Shown here one piece after another: positions 34,943-46,068 of a stretch of 64,000 nt of DNA; position 1 is the first letter of the stretch, and every line of letters starts with the position of its first letter. The DNA is from a phage. Under the pieces are notes generated by a model. That model worked only from the letters and a program-made list of their open reading frames with translations, did no database searches and was not told where the DNA came from. The translations under genes were made by a program, and so were the position numbers. The stretch lies in NCBI GenBank assembly GCA_014686905.1, contig GCA_014686905.1_4093.1. One strand, written 5' to 3'.

Positions 34943-35535
34943 ATGCAAATAAATGTTGTAGTGCAGATGTGCATTTGTTTTTTAAGAAATTAGCAAATGA
35001 TATTATATATATGCAGGAAATGATTTATCACAAACGAGCGGATTTAGAAAAAGCATTAGTACAGTTCTCATTTATGCTTGATGGTGATATATTTCTAGAG
35101 AGTGATGCATTGCGAATAGTATTAGACAAAAATGCTAAAAGATTTTTATTTCATATAGATAATAAATTATGTTCCTCCGTATGTCGTACTTTTTATAATC
35201 GTGATTCGGACTTATATCAATTCCTTTATTCTAAAGGTGCAGTAGAAGCATCATATGGTGATGGTTATGCCCTAGGAAAGAGTATTCCATTTATGAAATC
35301 ATTTAAAATAGAACACATCAGTACTGATGAAGATGCAATGTTCACAAATGATATAACTATGGGACGTGAAGATGCAATGCGATATATTACAAATTCTATG
35401 TATACATTCTTTCAACGAACAGAATTTGATAATGTATATATATCAAATGTAAATATTTTCAATGACCTGTGTCAGTACTTGAGAAGTGTTTGTAATTTCG
35501 ATGAAAGCTATTGTAAGCTATATACTGAGGTATAA
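34933..35535 (+). CDS. hypothetical protein (200 aa)
   Basis: track ORF; no clear motif. Confidence 0.5.
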   Translation: MSINANKCCSADVHLFFKKLANDIIYMQEMIYHKRADLEKALVQFSFMLDGDIFLESDALRIVLDKNAKRFLFHIDNKLCSSVCRTFYNRDSDLYQFLYSKGAVEASYGDGYALGKSIPFMKSFKIEHISTDEDAMFTNDITMGREDAMRYITNSMYTFFQRTEFDNVYISNVNIFNDLCQYLRSVCNFDESYCKLYTEV

Positions 35536-35540
35536 AACAA

Positions 35541-35903
35541 ATGAACACATTAAGTATTACATACTATACAACTAAAAAATTAGTTACTTGTTTAATATCT
35601 TTGAAGACAAACCATGATGATATGTTTGATATGGCTGCATATGAATTAGAATTATCAGAAGATGGCTTCAAGAGCTATGAAGTATATAGCTATGTCCGTG
35701 AAGATGTAATTGACACTACACTAATGCAAGAGGATGAGTTATTCCAAGAAAGTTTAGTATGGGATAATAAGTACGATTGTAACTTTGATTTCTTATGTTT
35801 AATCCAGAAAGAAATGAAAAGAATCTTTGATAATTATCCAATCAAACGTTTCAGTACTGCACCTGAGCAATATAAAAGGATTATATTCACCTATGAAGAT
35901 TGA
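35541..35903 (+). CDS. FQxS-family protein
   Basis: motif EDELFQESLVWD. Confidence 0.6.
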   Translation: MNTLSITYYTTKKLVTCLISLKTNHDDMFDMAAYELELSEDGFKSYEVYSYVREDVIDTTLMQEDELFQESLVWDNKYDCNFDFLCLIQKEMKRIFDNYPIKRFSTAPEQYKRIIFTYED

Positions 35904-36270
35904 ATTTGAAGTTATTACATATAGTATAGGTGATGGTATCCGTTGCTATGTACAAGCAAGGCATATGGTTCCTGATGATAAACTGTCACCCAAAAGCTTC
36001 TGTATCACACAAGATCTCTTAGATATCAACGGAGAGTACAAGTACATATATTATCTTACTAAGGGTTATTGTAGTACACGTGGTTTTAATATTGTAGCTG
36101 TTTCTAGAGATGAAATTGATGATTTAACTGAGTACGGGGAAGAAGAGATGTTCCAGTACAGTACTGTTTTTAATGAACTGGATGTGTTTCTGTTACGAAA
36201 AATACAACACATTATGCAAGAATGTTTGCATCATAAGAGAGGTATTGTATGCGACGTGAATCTGAATTAG
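35893..36270 (+). CDS. FQxS-family protein
   Basis: motif EEEMFQYSTVFN; ATG 35893. Confidence 0.55.
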   Translation: MKIEFEVITYSIGDGIRCYVQARHMVPDDKLSPKSFCITQDLLDINGEYKYIYYLTKGYCSTRGFNIVAVSRDEIDDLTEYGEEEMFQYSTVFNELDVFLLRKIQHIMQECLHHKRGIVCDVNLN

Positions 36271-36590
36271 TTAAAGTAATGTACGCTACTCATATTAAAC
36301 TACTACTTGTTAAATTTGATTATAATAAAAAACATAATGATTTCTATACTTTAATTCGTGATGAAAATACATTCTCCTTGCGATGCAACAATATACCCTT
36401 GAAGATAAATGATTTTACTTCACTTGACGAGGGGGAATTATTTCAAGAATCATTAGTTTTTAATAGTAATATAAAAATTGATATAGAAGTTATTAAAAAA
36501 TACCAGATTCTATTGAACAAAATTATGAATTGTTATCCATGTGAAATAGGTGGTCATATGCAGTTCAAATCAAAAATGTATGAATTATGA
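36249..36590 (+). CDS. FQxS-family protein
   Basis: motif EGELFQESLVFN. Confidence 0.55.
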   Translation: MRRESELVKVMYATHIKLLLVKFDYNKKHNDFYTLIRDENTFSLRCNNIPLKINDFTSLDEGELFQESLVFNSNIKIDIEVIKKYQILLNKIMNCYPCEIGGHMQFKSKMYEL

Positions 36591-36597
36591 GGTTTAT

Positions 36598-37134
36598 ATG
36601 TTAGATAAAAAAATGAACTCTGGAACCCAATATAATCATCTTAAGTTGGATACATTCGAATCAGCTATCAGTACAGCACAAGATATAATTGATATTATCA
36701 AGTTCATTAAAGAAGATAAGTTCAAATGTTTGAAAATACTAAATCGTTCAATGTACCGTGATAAAAATATTCATGTATCAGTACGTAGACCGAAAGATCA
36801 AGAAAGTGGGAGAGATTTCTATAACAACAGTGAGCAGTTCGAATGTGAATATGATCCAGAATTTAGAGGTGGTTTCATGTGTTACAGTATGAAGGATACC
36901 TCACACATTGAGATACGTTCATCGAAAGGTGGCATACGTACATTAGAGTTTATTGATATAGTTTTAAATCAGGAATACTACTTTCAACTATCATTATTGT
37001 TTCCTGCATACGATTTAGGAGTTCTATTCATGTATAAGTACTTTCATGAGCACTGGAATGAAGACTTCTATCTGGACTTAGAAGATTACCAATTAGTTTG
37101 GAAAGAAATGGTAGAACTTCGCAACCCATCTTGA
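36598..37134 (+). CDS. FQxS-family protein
   Basis: motif NQEYYFQLSLLFP; ATG 36598. Confidence 0.55.
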   Translation: MLDKKMNSGTQYNHLKLDTFESAISTAQDIIDIIKFIKEDKFKCLKILNRSMYRDKNIHVSVRRPKDQESGRDFYNNSEQFECEYDPEFRGGFMCYSMKDTSHIEIRSSKGGIRTLEFIDIVLNQEYYFQLSLLFPAYDLGVLFMYKYFHEHWNEDFYLDLEDYQLVWKEMVELRNPS

Positions 37135-37193
37135 CACCCTCCGATTCTTTGTGATATAATCTCTTTATATTAATTGTAAAGGGTTATATCACA

Positions 37194-37670
37194 ATGTCCA
37201 AAGACCTATCATTTAGCAATGCACAAAAAATAGCAAAAGACATTATCAGGGTTTATAAATTCCTTACAAATGTTACTGAAGATTTTTCCGTAGGCAAACA
37301 TACAGTCAAAAAACGAAATGGATACCTTTCCTTTATGGATGGGTTACTCTATAGTTCAGATGAATCAACTTGTAGTATTAGAGTGCTTGATGAAGTACCA
37401 AGTGGTGATTTTATTTCATACCATTTCCCAAGTTCAGATAATTTCAAATACTACAATCATCATCTTATAAATGAAGGATTTGATACGGCTGAAATTAACA
37501 CTGAAGAAGAGTTCTTCCAGTACAGTACTGTGTATCCAGAGAGGATTGTTTTCAGTTCAGTGATTTACACTGCCCTTAAAAATGAACTAAATTCAGATAG
37601 TGATCATTTCTACTTGGACCTGAACAATCTCGATTGTATTATTGAGTACCTGGAGAAAAATGGTTTATGA
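37194..37670 (+). CDS. FQxS-family protein
   Basis: motif EEEFFQYSTVYP; promoter-like TTGACA...GATATAAT at 37129-37165. Confidence 0.6.
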   Translation: MSKDLSFSNAQKIAKDIIRVYKFLTNVTEDFSVGKHTVKKRNGYLSFMDGLLYSSDESTCSIRVLDEVPSGDFISYHFPSSDNFKYYNHHLINEGFDTAEINTEEEFFQYSTVYPERIVFSSVIYTALKNELNSDSDHFYLDLNNLDCIIEYLEKNGL

Positions 37671-38161
37671 TTACTACAGAATATGATTACGATGGTGTTT
37701 TAGAATTTGCAGAAAATATCTATCGCATTGCAAAGGAGTTCAGAAGTCCTGACCCATTTGGTGGTATGTTCGAATACGATGAGTTCAGTTCATCTAAAGG
37801 AAGACTAGCATTTACTAATGGTAGAGGTAATCAAATCTACGCGGAGTACTTTGATGATAATGACTTTCATTACAAAGCAGAATACATTTCATATTGCCCT
37901 GGGTCTGATTTGAAGATTAATATTGACAATTATAGAGAAGCAGTATTTGTTAAGTATGATGATTTAGTGCTCATGTCAGAGGAAATGTACTTTCAGGGTT
38001 CTTGTATTCATGATGTAAAAGTACTTAATGCTATGTTATTTTATGGTGCACTACTTCATCATTACAAATACAAACAACGATTCTTTTTAGATTTAGTAGT
38101 ATACTATAAATGCGTGGATTATTTGAATGCAAAATACGACAACAATTCAGTACATGACTGA
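37667..38161 (+). CDS. FQxS-family protein
   Basis: motif EEMYFQGSCIHD. Confidence 0.6.
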   Translation: MITTEYDYDGVLEFAENIYRIAKEFRSPDPFGGMFEYDEFSSSKGRLAFTNGRGNQIYAEYFDDNDFHYKAEYISYCPGSDLKINIDNYREAVFVKYDDLVLMSEEMYFQGSCIHDVKVLNAMLFYGALLHHYKYKQRFFLDLVVYYKCVDYLNAKYDNNSVHD

Positions 38162-38489
38162 TGGTACTGAATACTTTGTTTCAAGATATGTAATCAACCA
38201 CAACCATTATGTGACCTATATTCCAGAATACAATCAATTTTATATCCAGATTTATCAATATAATGGAAAGATAAATGATATATATTCAGAAATAAAAATC
38301 CCTGATTATAGTACTTTATCAGAAGAGGAATTGTTTCAGCAGAGCACTATCAGTACTGAAGATGTGTACAAAATAATGGAATACCAGAAGGTACTTAAAT
38401 ATTTTCATGAAGCAAATGATATACAAATCGATATTGTTAAACCGTGGTGTTACAATACATATGAGGTAAATTATGTTAGAAATGATTAA
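38154..38489 (+). CDS. FQxS-family protein
   Basis: motif EEELFQQSTIST; ATG 38154. Confidence 0.55.
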   Translation: MTDGTEYFVSRYVINHNHYVTYIPEYNQFYIQIYQYNGKINDIYSEIKIPDYSTLSEEELFQQSTISTEDVYKIMEYQKVLKYFHEANDIQIDIVKPWCYNTYEVNYVRND

Positions 38490-38886
38490 AATTATGCAAC
38501 GTTGTGTTGTTGACCAACACGGGATATATGGATATCGTTTAAGTGCTCCTATTGACAAAAATAAAACAACCTATGTAAGCTATAATGCTGTACAAGGATT
38601 TGATATATTCATTAGTACTAATTATCAAATCAAACAAGCTAAAGATGTGTCTATAATGACCCCTGATGAGTTATTTCAGTACAGCTTAGTCTTTCCTACA
38701 TGTATCGATTTACAACGTCTAGGAGCGATACAGAAGGTTTTACGCGAACATAAAGTACAACCCAATAAAGTCACACACATTCCAGAAACAATCTTCAAAA
38801 CCATAGAAGTAGAAACTCCTGATTATATGTTAAGTGATGATGAGTACTACGAGAAACACTTCCCTGGTAAAGTTTGGAGAGACTAA
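38473..38886 (+). CDS. FQxS-family protein
   Basis: motif PDELFQYSLVFP. Confidence 0.55.
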   Translation: MLEMIKIMQRCVVDQHGIYGYRLSAPIDKNKTTYVSYNAVQGFDIFISTNYQIKQAKDVSIMTPDELFQYSLVFPTCIDLQRLGAIQKVLREHKVQPNKVTHIPETIFKTIEVETPDYMLSDDEYYEKHFPGKVWRD

Positions 38887-39377
38887 TGAACCGAAAGTAC
38901 AGAGAAACTATGAAGTTCGCTAGGGAGTGTTTAGAAGTGTTTGAGTTCATCAATGCTCATAAAGATTTACTCCATAGATACATTGCAATCAGTGAGACAG
39001 ATGACCATAGGTACATATGTTCTCGAATTCAAGATAAGATATATAAGATTGTGTTCTCGGAAACATACACAGATACATCTAATTCACTATATGATTTTGC
39101 ACGTACTGATTACGTTTCATACAAATCTTGGTCTGATAGTATTAAAATTGTGCACAAGCAAAATACATTTTATTCTTTTCTTACGGACATTTCCGAAGAA
39201 AGTTACTTTCAAAACAGTTTAATTTATACAGAAAAAGAACTCAAAATGTTATATATTATGTCGTACTTTAAAAAGTACTGCAAATTTAATACATTATCTT
39301 TTGAGATTTCTGCAATGAAAGTATTCATTAAAAATGTAAAAGAATTAAAGAGGGCTTTTAATGTACATAGAAAATGA
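38886..39377 (+). CDS. FQxS-family protein
   Basis: motif EESYFQNSLIYT; ATG shares A with upstream TAA. Confidence 0.55.
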   Translation: MNRKYRETMKFARECLEVFEFINAHKDLLHRYIAISETDDHRYICSRIQDKIYKIVFSETYTDTSNSLYDFARTDYVSYKSWSDSIKIVHKQNTFYSFLTDISEESYFQNSLIYTEKELKMLYIMSYFKKYCKFNTLSFEISAMKVFIKNVKELKRAFNVHRK

Positions 39378-39903
39378 GAATGTAAAATGCATTACTGAAA
39401 TTTGTATAAAATTAATGAAAATTTTCATTAACCCAAAATACAAAAAACGTTCATTACATCATAATATTGATGAGCATTGTACCATTAATATACTAGGTAG
39501 TATTCTTGATGTAAAATATGATGGTAGAATGTTATTTGGCATAAGAGAAGAGAAAATAGATGATGCATTCTTTTCCTGTAAAGATAAATTTGAACCTTCT
39601 GATTATAAAGTAATTATTCGTGATGATAGCATCTACATTAGTAGTGATTATTCAAATTACTTCGATAAAATATACAATGAAAACGTTGACTACCATTATG
39701 AAATGATAGATTTACCAGTAACAGACATTGATATGGAGAGAATCAAATTTTCATTATCAGATAATGAGTACTTAGGTATACAAACATATTATTCACTACA
39801 AGGAAAGATTCCACCTGCTATGTATATAAGGATTGAGATTGGTAATGTATTCAATGATAAGGTTATATCTATTGCTGATAAAATATTGAGGGTTGAATTA
39901 TGA
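39361..39903 (+). CDS. hypothetical protein (180 aa)
   Basis: track ORF; no clear motif. Confidence 0.5.
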   Translation: MYIENENVKCITEICIKLMKIFINPKYKKRSLHHNIDEHCTINILGSILDVKYDGRMLFGIREEKIDDAFFSCKDKFEPSDYKVIIRDDSIYISSDYSNYFDKIYNENVDYHYEMIDLPVTDIDMERIKFSLSDNEYLGIQTYYSLQGKIPPAMYIRIEIGNVFNDKVISIADKILRVEL

Positions 39904-40463
39904 ATATCAATGATTACCAATTTCATAGGCTTGAATTTCGTCATTGTGTTGCATTTGCAAAAACATTGATGTGCATCATTGACACTCTTTCATCCAAACA
40001 ATTTCGTAAGGATAATGATTTATTTCTGAAAAAAGGTCGTGTAACATCAACCGATATCGGTATTGAACTATTTGTTGATATCAGTGTTGATACCGGAGAC
40101 AGTACAAGGGTTGGTTGTATAGGTCATATTGGTACACATTGCTTCACATGGAATCCAAATACAAGTCAAGTACGAATTGATTATAGAAATTCACGTTGGG
40201 TTGATCTTAGTACTGAATCAGATTTAGAATCAGCTATGTTCCAGCTAAGTTTAATTCACAATCCTAATGAACTTCTTTACATTATTACTTTCAGTTATCT
40301 GTTACAAAACTACAATAAACCATCAGGTTTTTTTATAGAATCAGATATAGATGAAATTATGGAAGAGATTCCCAGTTTAAAGGATATTCTGGAAGAAAAA
40401 GATTTCTATGAAGACTTAAGAGATTTATACGACATGCACTTGGAGTTATTTAAGAATGGATAA
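39900..40463 (+). CDS. FQxS-family protein
   Basis: motif ESAMFQLSLIHN. Confidence 0.55.
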   Translation: MNINDYQFHRLEFRHCVAFAKTLMCIIDTLSSKQFRKDNDLFLKKGRVTSTDIGIELFVDISVDTGDSTRVGCIGHIGTHCFTWNPNTSQVRIDYRNSRWVDLSTESDLESAMFQLSLIHNPNELLYIITFSYLLQNYNKPSGFFIESDIDEIMEEIPSLKDILEEKDFYEDLRDLYDMHLELFKNG

Positions 40464-40974
40464 AGATGATATTCTAATTAGACTAATTAATAGTTTAATA
40501 AAGTTCTCAAATAATGATGTCGATACATACAAAGTAGGGGATATTGAATACAAATCATTTGGTATGTACGGTGAGGATAAAACATATTATGCGTCAATGA
40601 AATTTCAAGATTTTCACGAGATGTTAATATCGTTATCATATGAAGATGTTGATCCAAGATGGAGTTCCAGTATTTCACTATCGAGAATGGTAATTCGTAG
40701 TAAGCATCGTTATATTTCGTCAAAGAATACTCCTAACTTGATTAATATTGTGTTGAATGAAAATACAAATCCCCTATCTAAACATGATATCGTACCGTTA
40801 ACCGATGAAGTTCTTTTTCAATTGAGTACCATTTGTGATGAAGATGTGATATCATGTATGAAAATTTATGAGAAGGTTGGGAGTGATATTCCTATGAACT
40901 ATTACCTAACTATAGATGGAACGTACCTTCGAGATGATGTTTTAGCGTACATTGACAGTGTTTTACCAAAATAA
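40456..40974 (+). CDS. FQxS-family protein
   Basis: motif DEVLFQLSTICD. Confidence 0.55.
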   Translation: MDKDDILIRLINSLIKFSNNDVDTYKVGDIEYKSFGMYGEDKTYYASMKFQDFHEMLISLSYEDVDPRWSSSISLSRMVIRSKHRYISSKNTPNLINIVLNENTNPLSKHDIVPLTDEVLFQLSTICDEDVISCMKIYEKVGSDIPMNYYLTIDGTYLRDDVLAYIDSVLPK

Positions 40975-41000
40975 AGACCCGTATGGGTCTTTTTGTGTTT
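40975..41000 (+). terminator. rho-independent terminator
   Basis: hairpin AGACCC-GTAT-GGGTCT followed by TTTTTGTGTTT. Confidence 0.7.
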
Positions 41001-41061
41001 ATGGCTTTACAAGAGCATTCAGGTGTGTTATACTTGATTTTAACTAGAGTTGGAGGAATCT

Positions 41062-41628
41062 ATGAGTACTGAATTAATTAAAGAAGTCACATTACTTCTG
41101 AAGCATTGTTTTAAGTTCATTCCTGATACTGGCTCACGCCAGTACATTAAAGTTAATGAGAAATATAACATCAATATCCTTGTATCTGAAACTGCGAGCA
41201 GTTATGCTAACATTGAGTTGGATTCTGAAGAAAAATATACAGTATTACAAATCATAGCAGATGTACAACGTAAACAAGATTATCGTTCTTCATTTTACAA
41301 CGATCATCTGTGTGTTTGCTCAAACTTCAGTGAGAATAAAATTGTGTATAAGAATTTATACACACATGAAGTGATTGATACATATAATTATAAAATTTCA
41401 TCTGATGAATACAATGTTCTAATGTTCAACGCAAACCTTTTGTATGATGCCAGTACTGTACGCTGTTTAGAGTTAGCATATAAAATTCCAAAGATCATGG
41501 AAAGAAAAGATTTGATTCACTTTAAAACTATTTTAAAATACAGTACAAAAGAATTAGAGGATTTAGTACAGGCTCTTAAGAATTTCATTAATGAACATGT
41601 ACCTGTTAAATTCGAGGATGCACAATGA
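41062..41628 (+). CDS. hypothetical protein, possibly degenerate family member
   Basis: RBS GGAGGA, ATG 41062; weak motif NVLMFNANLLYD. Confidence 0.5.
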   Translation: MSTELIKEVTLLLKHCFKFIPDTGSRQYIKVNEKYNINILVSETASSYANIELDSEEKYTVLQIIADVQRKQDYRSSFYNDHLCVCSNFSENKIVYKNLYTHEVIDTYNYKISSDEYNVLMFNANLLYDASTVRCLELAYKIPKIMERKDLIHFKTILKYSTKELEDLVQALKNFINEHVPVKFEDAQ

Positions 41629-42209
41629 ACCATATCAGAACTAAAATTTTGAGACTCATGCATGACATTGCAGAACTTTCAGAGATTCATGACATTACAG
41701 AAATTGTTGAATTTGATAATTATCGACTGAAAATTGAAAACAAATCCAAACATCGTTTTGGTTCAGTTCAGTTGGATGTATATAAAACTTATGAATTTTC
41801 TAAAAAAATTAAAAGTTCATGGGATACGATTACTATGTACATTCGCACATCCAGAAATCGTGAACGTATTGGTTCTATTTCTTATAATATGGTATTTGCG
41901 AATGCATTACATGAAAAAATGAATAAAATTGTAGAATCTAATTTCAGTGAAGATGATGGTTTTATTGGGTTGGATGTTCCACCAGAATTAGACCAAAGTG
42001 AAGATATTCGAGATGCATTCATTTTCCAGAAATCCTTGTTGGACAATTACAAAGAATTCGAGTACTTAATGCTTTGTTACGATACTGCAAAAATTCTTGA
42101 TTGTGGTGAACTAGTTATGTACAATGATTTTATCAATTGCAAGACTGATGTTCTGAATACACTACTTCAAAATATAGAATCTGTTAAGGAAAAATATGAA
42201 CGCTTATAG
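41625..42209 (+). CDS. FQxS-family protein
   Basis: motif RDAFIFQKSLLDN. Confidence 0.55.
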   Translation: MNHIRTKILRLMHDIAELSEIHDITEIVEFDNYRLKIENKSKHRFGSVQLDVYKTYEFSKKIKSSWDTITMYIRTSRNRERIGSISYNMVFANALHEKMNKIVESNFSEDDGFIGLDVPPELDQSEDIRDAFIFQKSLLDNYKEFEYLMLCYDTAKILDCGELVMYNDFINCKTDVLNTLLQNIESVKEKYERL

Positions 42210-42777
42210 TTATATGACAGAACGCCATCAGTTATTATATGATATCAGTAAAAAAATGCTATCAATTGTTGGTAGTGCGAAAGAAATTGAAAAACAATAT
42301 CTCATCCGTGATGTATCAATTTCATCCAAATGTTGGTCAAATGAATATTACGACCACGGTATTCTTACTATTTCTGGGGCCAGAAATATTTGTATTGTAA
42401 AAAATAAAAGTAAAAGTAATGAAGAGTGTGAGATTAGAACCGATATACAAATTAAGGATGATGGAAGTTTTTCACATCACCCATTCCATATTAGTACTAT
42501 TGGTGTTTTATATAATATTAAAGTACTATTCGGTGATGAAGAGTATGTGTTAAAAGCTATCAATCCAGATTCAAGTACAGTTGAAGAAGAACTGTTCCAG
42601 ATGAGCACTGTTATACCTGAAGAGGTTCTTAGTACTGTTGTTTTTTGTAGTTTAATTTATCATACATACAAAAAGAACCAATTCGATTTCCACATTTTAG
42701 GAACGTACATCTTCAATACTTTGAATGTTGATCGTTTAAAAGCATTAAATGCAGCAATGGATAAGGTGCTACAATGA
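42196..42777 (+). CDS. FQxS-family protein
   Basis: motif EEELFQMSTVIP. Confidence 0.55.
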   Translation: MNAYSYMTERHQLLYDISKKMLSIVGSAKEIEKQYLIRDVSISSKCWSNEYYDHGILTISGARNICIVKNKSKSNEECEIRTDIQIKDDGSFSHHPFHISTIGVLYNIKVLFGDEEYVLKAINPDSSTVEEELFQMSTVIPEEVLSTVVFCSLIYHTYKKNQFDFHILGTYIFNTLNVDRLKALNAAMDKVLQ

Positions 42778-43202
42778 CAAGAGATGATTGTTTGTACATA
42801 TGGGATATAATTGAAACTACACTTTCAAATCCAGAAAATTATAAAACAAAAAAAAGACAACGACACAAAATATGGATAGATTTGTTCGTTGAGGGCATAC
42901 ACGCAGTGACTATTTGGGATTCACCGAGGGCATCAGCATCTACTCTATTGGACAATGAATGCATTGATTGCATTAATTCCACTTTTCATCTCTACGGTAC
43001 TACATTTTTCGGTACATTTCTGGATATTGAAAGTAAAGATGATATTGATTCACTTGCGTTACAATACCAAGTACTGTATAATACTAAATTAATTTACGAT
43101 TTAGTACTAGCTTCTTATGTGTATAAATTAATGATGAAATATAATCATATTTCTGTTTCAGTTTATACTAAGGATATTCTTTCATTAAGAGACAAAACAT
43201 GA
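42774..43202 (+). CDS. hypothetical protein (142 aa)
   Basis: track ORF; motif not evident. Confidence 0.45.
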   Translation: MTRDDCLYIWDIIETTLSNPENYKTKKRQRHKIWIDLFVEGIHAVTIWDSPRASASTLLDNECIDCINSTFHLYGTTFFGTFLDIESKDDIDSLALQYQVLYNTKLIYDLVLASYVYKLMMKYNHISVSVYTKDILSLRDKT

Positions 43203-43708
43203 GTTTATTAAATGCACGCGAATTAGTTGAGATGTATGAGATTTTGTCTTCATATAAAAATTCTCATGGAGATGTGATTCTCGACAAAAAGTTCCATGTC
43301 AGTGTTGAACATATATCAAATATAGATATGATTTCTTTGGTGGAAAGTAATAAGTCAGGTCTTGAACGCGATATCATGCGTTTGATTTATATTCCCAAAC
43401 CATCATATACTAATGATAGTTCAATTAGTAATGAGACATTCATGTATAGTCCTGGTACGGATTCTACTATAGTATCGCTGTCCAATAAATCAATGGGTAC
43501 TTTCCAATTCATCTATACCAGTACTGATAACATTGAAGAAATTGAATTTCAAAACAATACATTAAGTCCATGTAGTAGTGTTATAACCTTTATGTCATAT
43601 CTATGGTCAACTAAAACAAGTGCTGTTGTATATAGTTCAAATTATACACAAGATAGTATTGTTGAATCATATAAAGTTCTAAAGGAATACTATGAAAATA
43701 ACAAATGA
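43199..43708 (+). CDS. FQxS-family protein (variant)
   Basis: motif EEIEFQNNTLSP. Confidence 0.5.
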   Translation: MSLLNARELVEMYEILSSYKNSHGDVILDKKFHVSVEHISNIDMISLVESNKSGLERDIMRLIYIPKPSYTNDSSISNETFMYSPGTDSTIVSLSNKSMGTFQFIYTSTDNIEEIEFQNNTLSPCSSVITFMSYLWSTKTSAVVYSSNYTQDSIVESYKVLKEYYENNK

Positions 43709-44273
43709 TTTTATTAAAAGTGTAGTACACCCTATGCTTAGTATTATGAAAAAAATACAGAATCTACCGGAAGATAACGATTACAAGTTTAATCGTTTTG
43801 ATTCAGATGTGTTTTGTATTGAAATTGAAATTAATAACAATCGCAATTTACATTTAAAATTCAAAGAATCGTCAAGTCCGTACTACAACTTTGATATGAA
43901 TTTTAAAATAGATACTGACATTGAAGAAAACGTAATATCAAATCATACTAGCAAAAATGGTTTTATGCATAGAACTACTATGTACAATAATAAAAATAGT
44001 ATTATATCTAAATGGAATCATCAATTCACTAAAATTTGTGAAATTGAATATAGTGATTTTGGTGAAGAGAATTACTTTCAGTTAAGTACAATTCATGAAC
44101 TTCCACCGTATGATTATGTTAAAACATGGTTTGATATTCATAATATAATTGATGATGCAATCAAACTTCCATTTGGTGTGTCAATATCATATACTGCTCC
44201 TAAAACATTTGTTTTTACTGAAGATATGATTATGAAAAAGATATGGGCAATTATCCCACTTATGATGGATTAA
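43692..44273 (+). CDS. FQxS-family protein
   Basis: motif EENYFQLSTIHE. Confidence 0.55.
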   Translation: MKITNDFIKSVVHPMLSIMKKIQNLPEDNDYKFNRFDSDVFCIEIEINNNRNLHLKFKESSSPYYNFDMNFKIDTDIEENVISNHTSKNGFMHRTTMYNNKNSIISKWNHQFTKICEIEYSDFGEENYFQLSTIHELPPYDYVKTWFDIHNIIDDAIKLPFGVSISYTAPKTFVFTEDMIMKKIWAIIPLMMD

Positions 44274-44334
44274 ATTCGTACCAGGGGTTGACTCTGGTAT
44301 TTTTGTATGATACATTGTCCTAAAGGAGAATTTT

Positions 44335-44886
44335 ATGAACTACAATCATGATCTTTTTACATTATGTGCATCCAAATGTGTTGATGGATGGACAGATAAA
44401 ATCAATACCATAATTCATCGATATCTGGTCTTTAGTTCTCGTGCACGAAGTGAGGGGGCTATGGATTTCAAATATACACTATCTATTGATGGTGTAACTA
44501 TCCATGCAGACGAAGAACGTCTGAGCATTAATTTGTATGATTCCTGTGTATTTGCTATTCACCAAAAGATGGGGAAAGGATGGGGTTGTAATAACATTAA
44601 CTCAAAAGCTATCTTTTGGGTTGGTCACCACCAGACAGTACTTGATCCTTCAATCAAATCTAATCTTTTATCCGATAATATGGTTTATGATTTATTGTAC
44701 TCCGAAGAACAACATTTTCAGTTAAGTACATTACATGATCTGGCACAGTACGAGGATTGTTACAAAACATTAGAACTATGCCATTCCCTTGAACTTAAAG
44801 ATAAATTGATACAAGTTTACCCTTCATTCTTTCATGAAGAAGTACAAAGTACACTAGATCATATTTTATATGGATACGATAAATGA
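44335..44886 (+). CDS. FQxS-family protein
   Basis: motif EEQHFQLSTLHD; RBS AAGGAGAA. Confidence 0.6.
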   Translation: MNYNHDLFTLCASKCVDGWTDKINTIIHRYLVFSSRARSEGAMDFKYTLSIDGVTIHADEERLSINLYDSCVFAIHQKMGKGWGCNNINSKAIFWVGHHQTVLDPSIKSNLLSDNMVYDLLYSEEQHFQLSTLHDLAQYEDCYKTLELCHSLELKDKLIQVYPSFFHEEVQSTLDHILYGYDK

Positions 44887-45485
44887 GAAAAAGTTATCAA
44901 GAAGCTATTGACTTAATTCGTGAAGTTATCAAGGTGGCTCCTGCTGCTATTGAGTTCAAGAAGTCCATATACAAGAAGTATGGTTCAATGTCGAGTATGT
45001 GCTTTCAAAAGAAACGTAGAGCATTCACTACCCAGTACTGGAATGATTCTATCATCCTGAGCAATGAGACTCAGCGTATTTTAACACTAGAATCTGAACC
45101 TAATGAGTACGGGGAAGGGAACATTTGTGTACCTGATTATGATGAAATTAACTTCAACTGCGGTGATTTTGAAACAACATTATTACTTCATGAGGGTTAT
45201 CCAGAAGGTGATGTATTAGCTGAGTACAATCCAAAAACTAAAATTCTCAAAAGAGGAATCCAGTTCACTATTAATAACAAAGATGATGTTCAAGCAGCAC
45301 TGATGCAACTGAGTACAAGTGAACCTATCACTATTAGTGTAGAAGAGTTATGGGGAATTATTTCAGTACTCAATGAGTGCTACAAAGTAAAATCATTGCG
45401 TAAACACAGCATTATATTACATACCAATATGGCAAATATAAAATGTAAGCACATTCAAGAAATGGTGGTTCCAGATGGACTTTAA
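44883..45485 (+). CDS. hypothetical protein, possibly degenerate family member
   Basis: weak motif VQAALMQLSTSE. Confidence 0.5.
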   Translation: MRKSYQEAIDLIREVIKVAPAAIEFKKSIYKKYGSMSSMCFQKKRRAFTTQYWNDSIILSNETQRILTLESEPNEYGEGNICVPDYDEINFNCGDFETTLLLHEGYPEGDVLAEYNPKTKILKRGIQFTINNKDDVQAALMQLSTSEPITISVEELWGIISVLNECYKVKSLRKHSIILHTNMANIKCKHIQEMVVPDGL

Positions 45486-46059
45486 AGAAATTGAAAGTAA
45501 ATTAAAGTACTTCAAAGATATCAAACTTCTTTGGAAAAAGTATAAAGTTGATTACAATTTCAGTGATGATGAGACAATAAAATACATTGAGATTAATATC
45601 AAAATCAAGTTCAAGAATAATAATTATGGTGAAGTAACCTTAAATCATACTGGTATATCACTCAAGGACTATGATGGTACAACACTCGCATATTTTGACT
45701 TCACACCAGAACCAGGTGAAACACTACTTAGTGAGATAAATTCCTATGACATGGAAGTGTTCGGCGGGAATCCGTTACTGTTCCGACTTTCTGAAGAGTG
45801 GAGTGAAGAGTACTACACTTACAAAGATGGTGTAGTACTTGATATTCATGGAGAAGTTGTGAATGACTTGGAAGAACGTTTGTTCCAAGAATTGTGTGTT
45901 TCAAATACTTCATATGCATACAATCATATCCTTGACATGTTTGATTTATATAGTAAAATAGATGCTGAAATGAAGGCACATGGTATTCATTACCTTACAA
46001 TTAACGACTATGCTCAACTCGAAACCGCTGTGAAAGCATTGACTAAAGTACTGAAATAG
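45475..46059 (+). CDS. FQxS-family protein (variant)
   Basis: motif EERLFQELCVSN. Confidence 0.5.
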   Translation: MDFKEIESKLKYFKDIKLLWKKYKVDYNFSDDETIKYIEINIKIKFKNNNYGEVTLNHTGISLKDYDGTTLAYFDFTPEPGETLLSEINSYDMEVFGGNPLLFRLSEEWSEEYYTYKDGVVLDIHGEVVNDLEERLFQELCVSNTSYAYNHILDMFDLYSKIDAEMKAHGIHYLTINDYAQLETAVKALTKVLK

Positions 46060-46068
46060 GAATGAAAT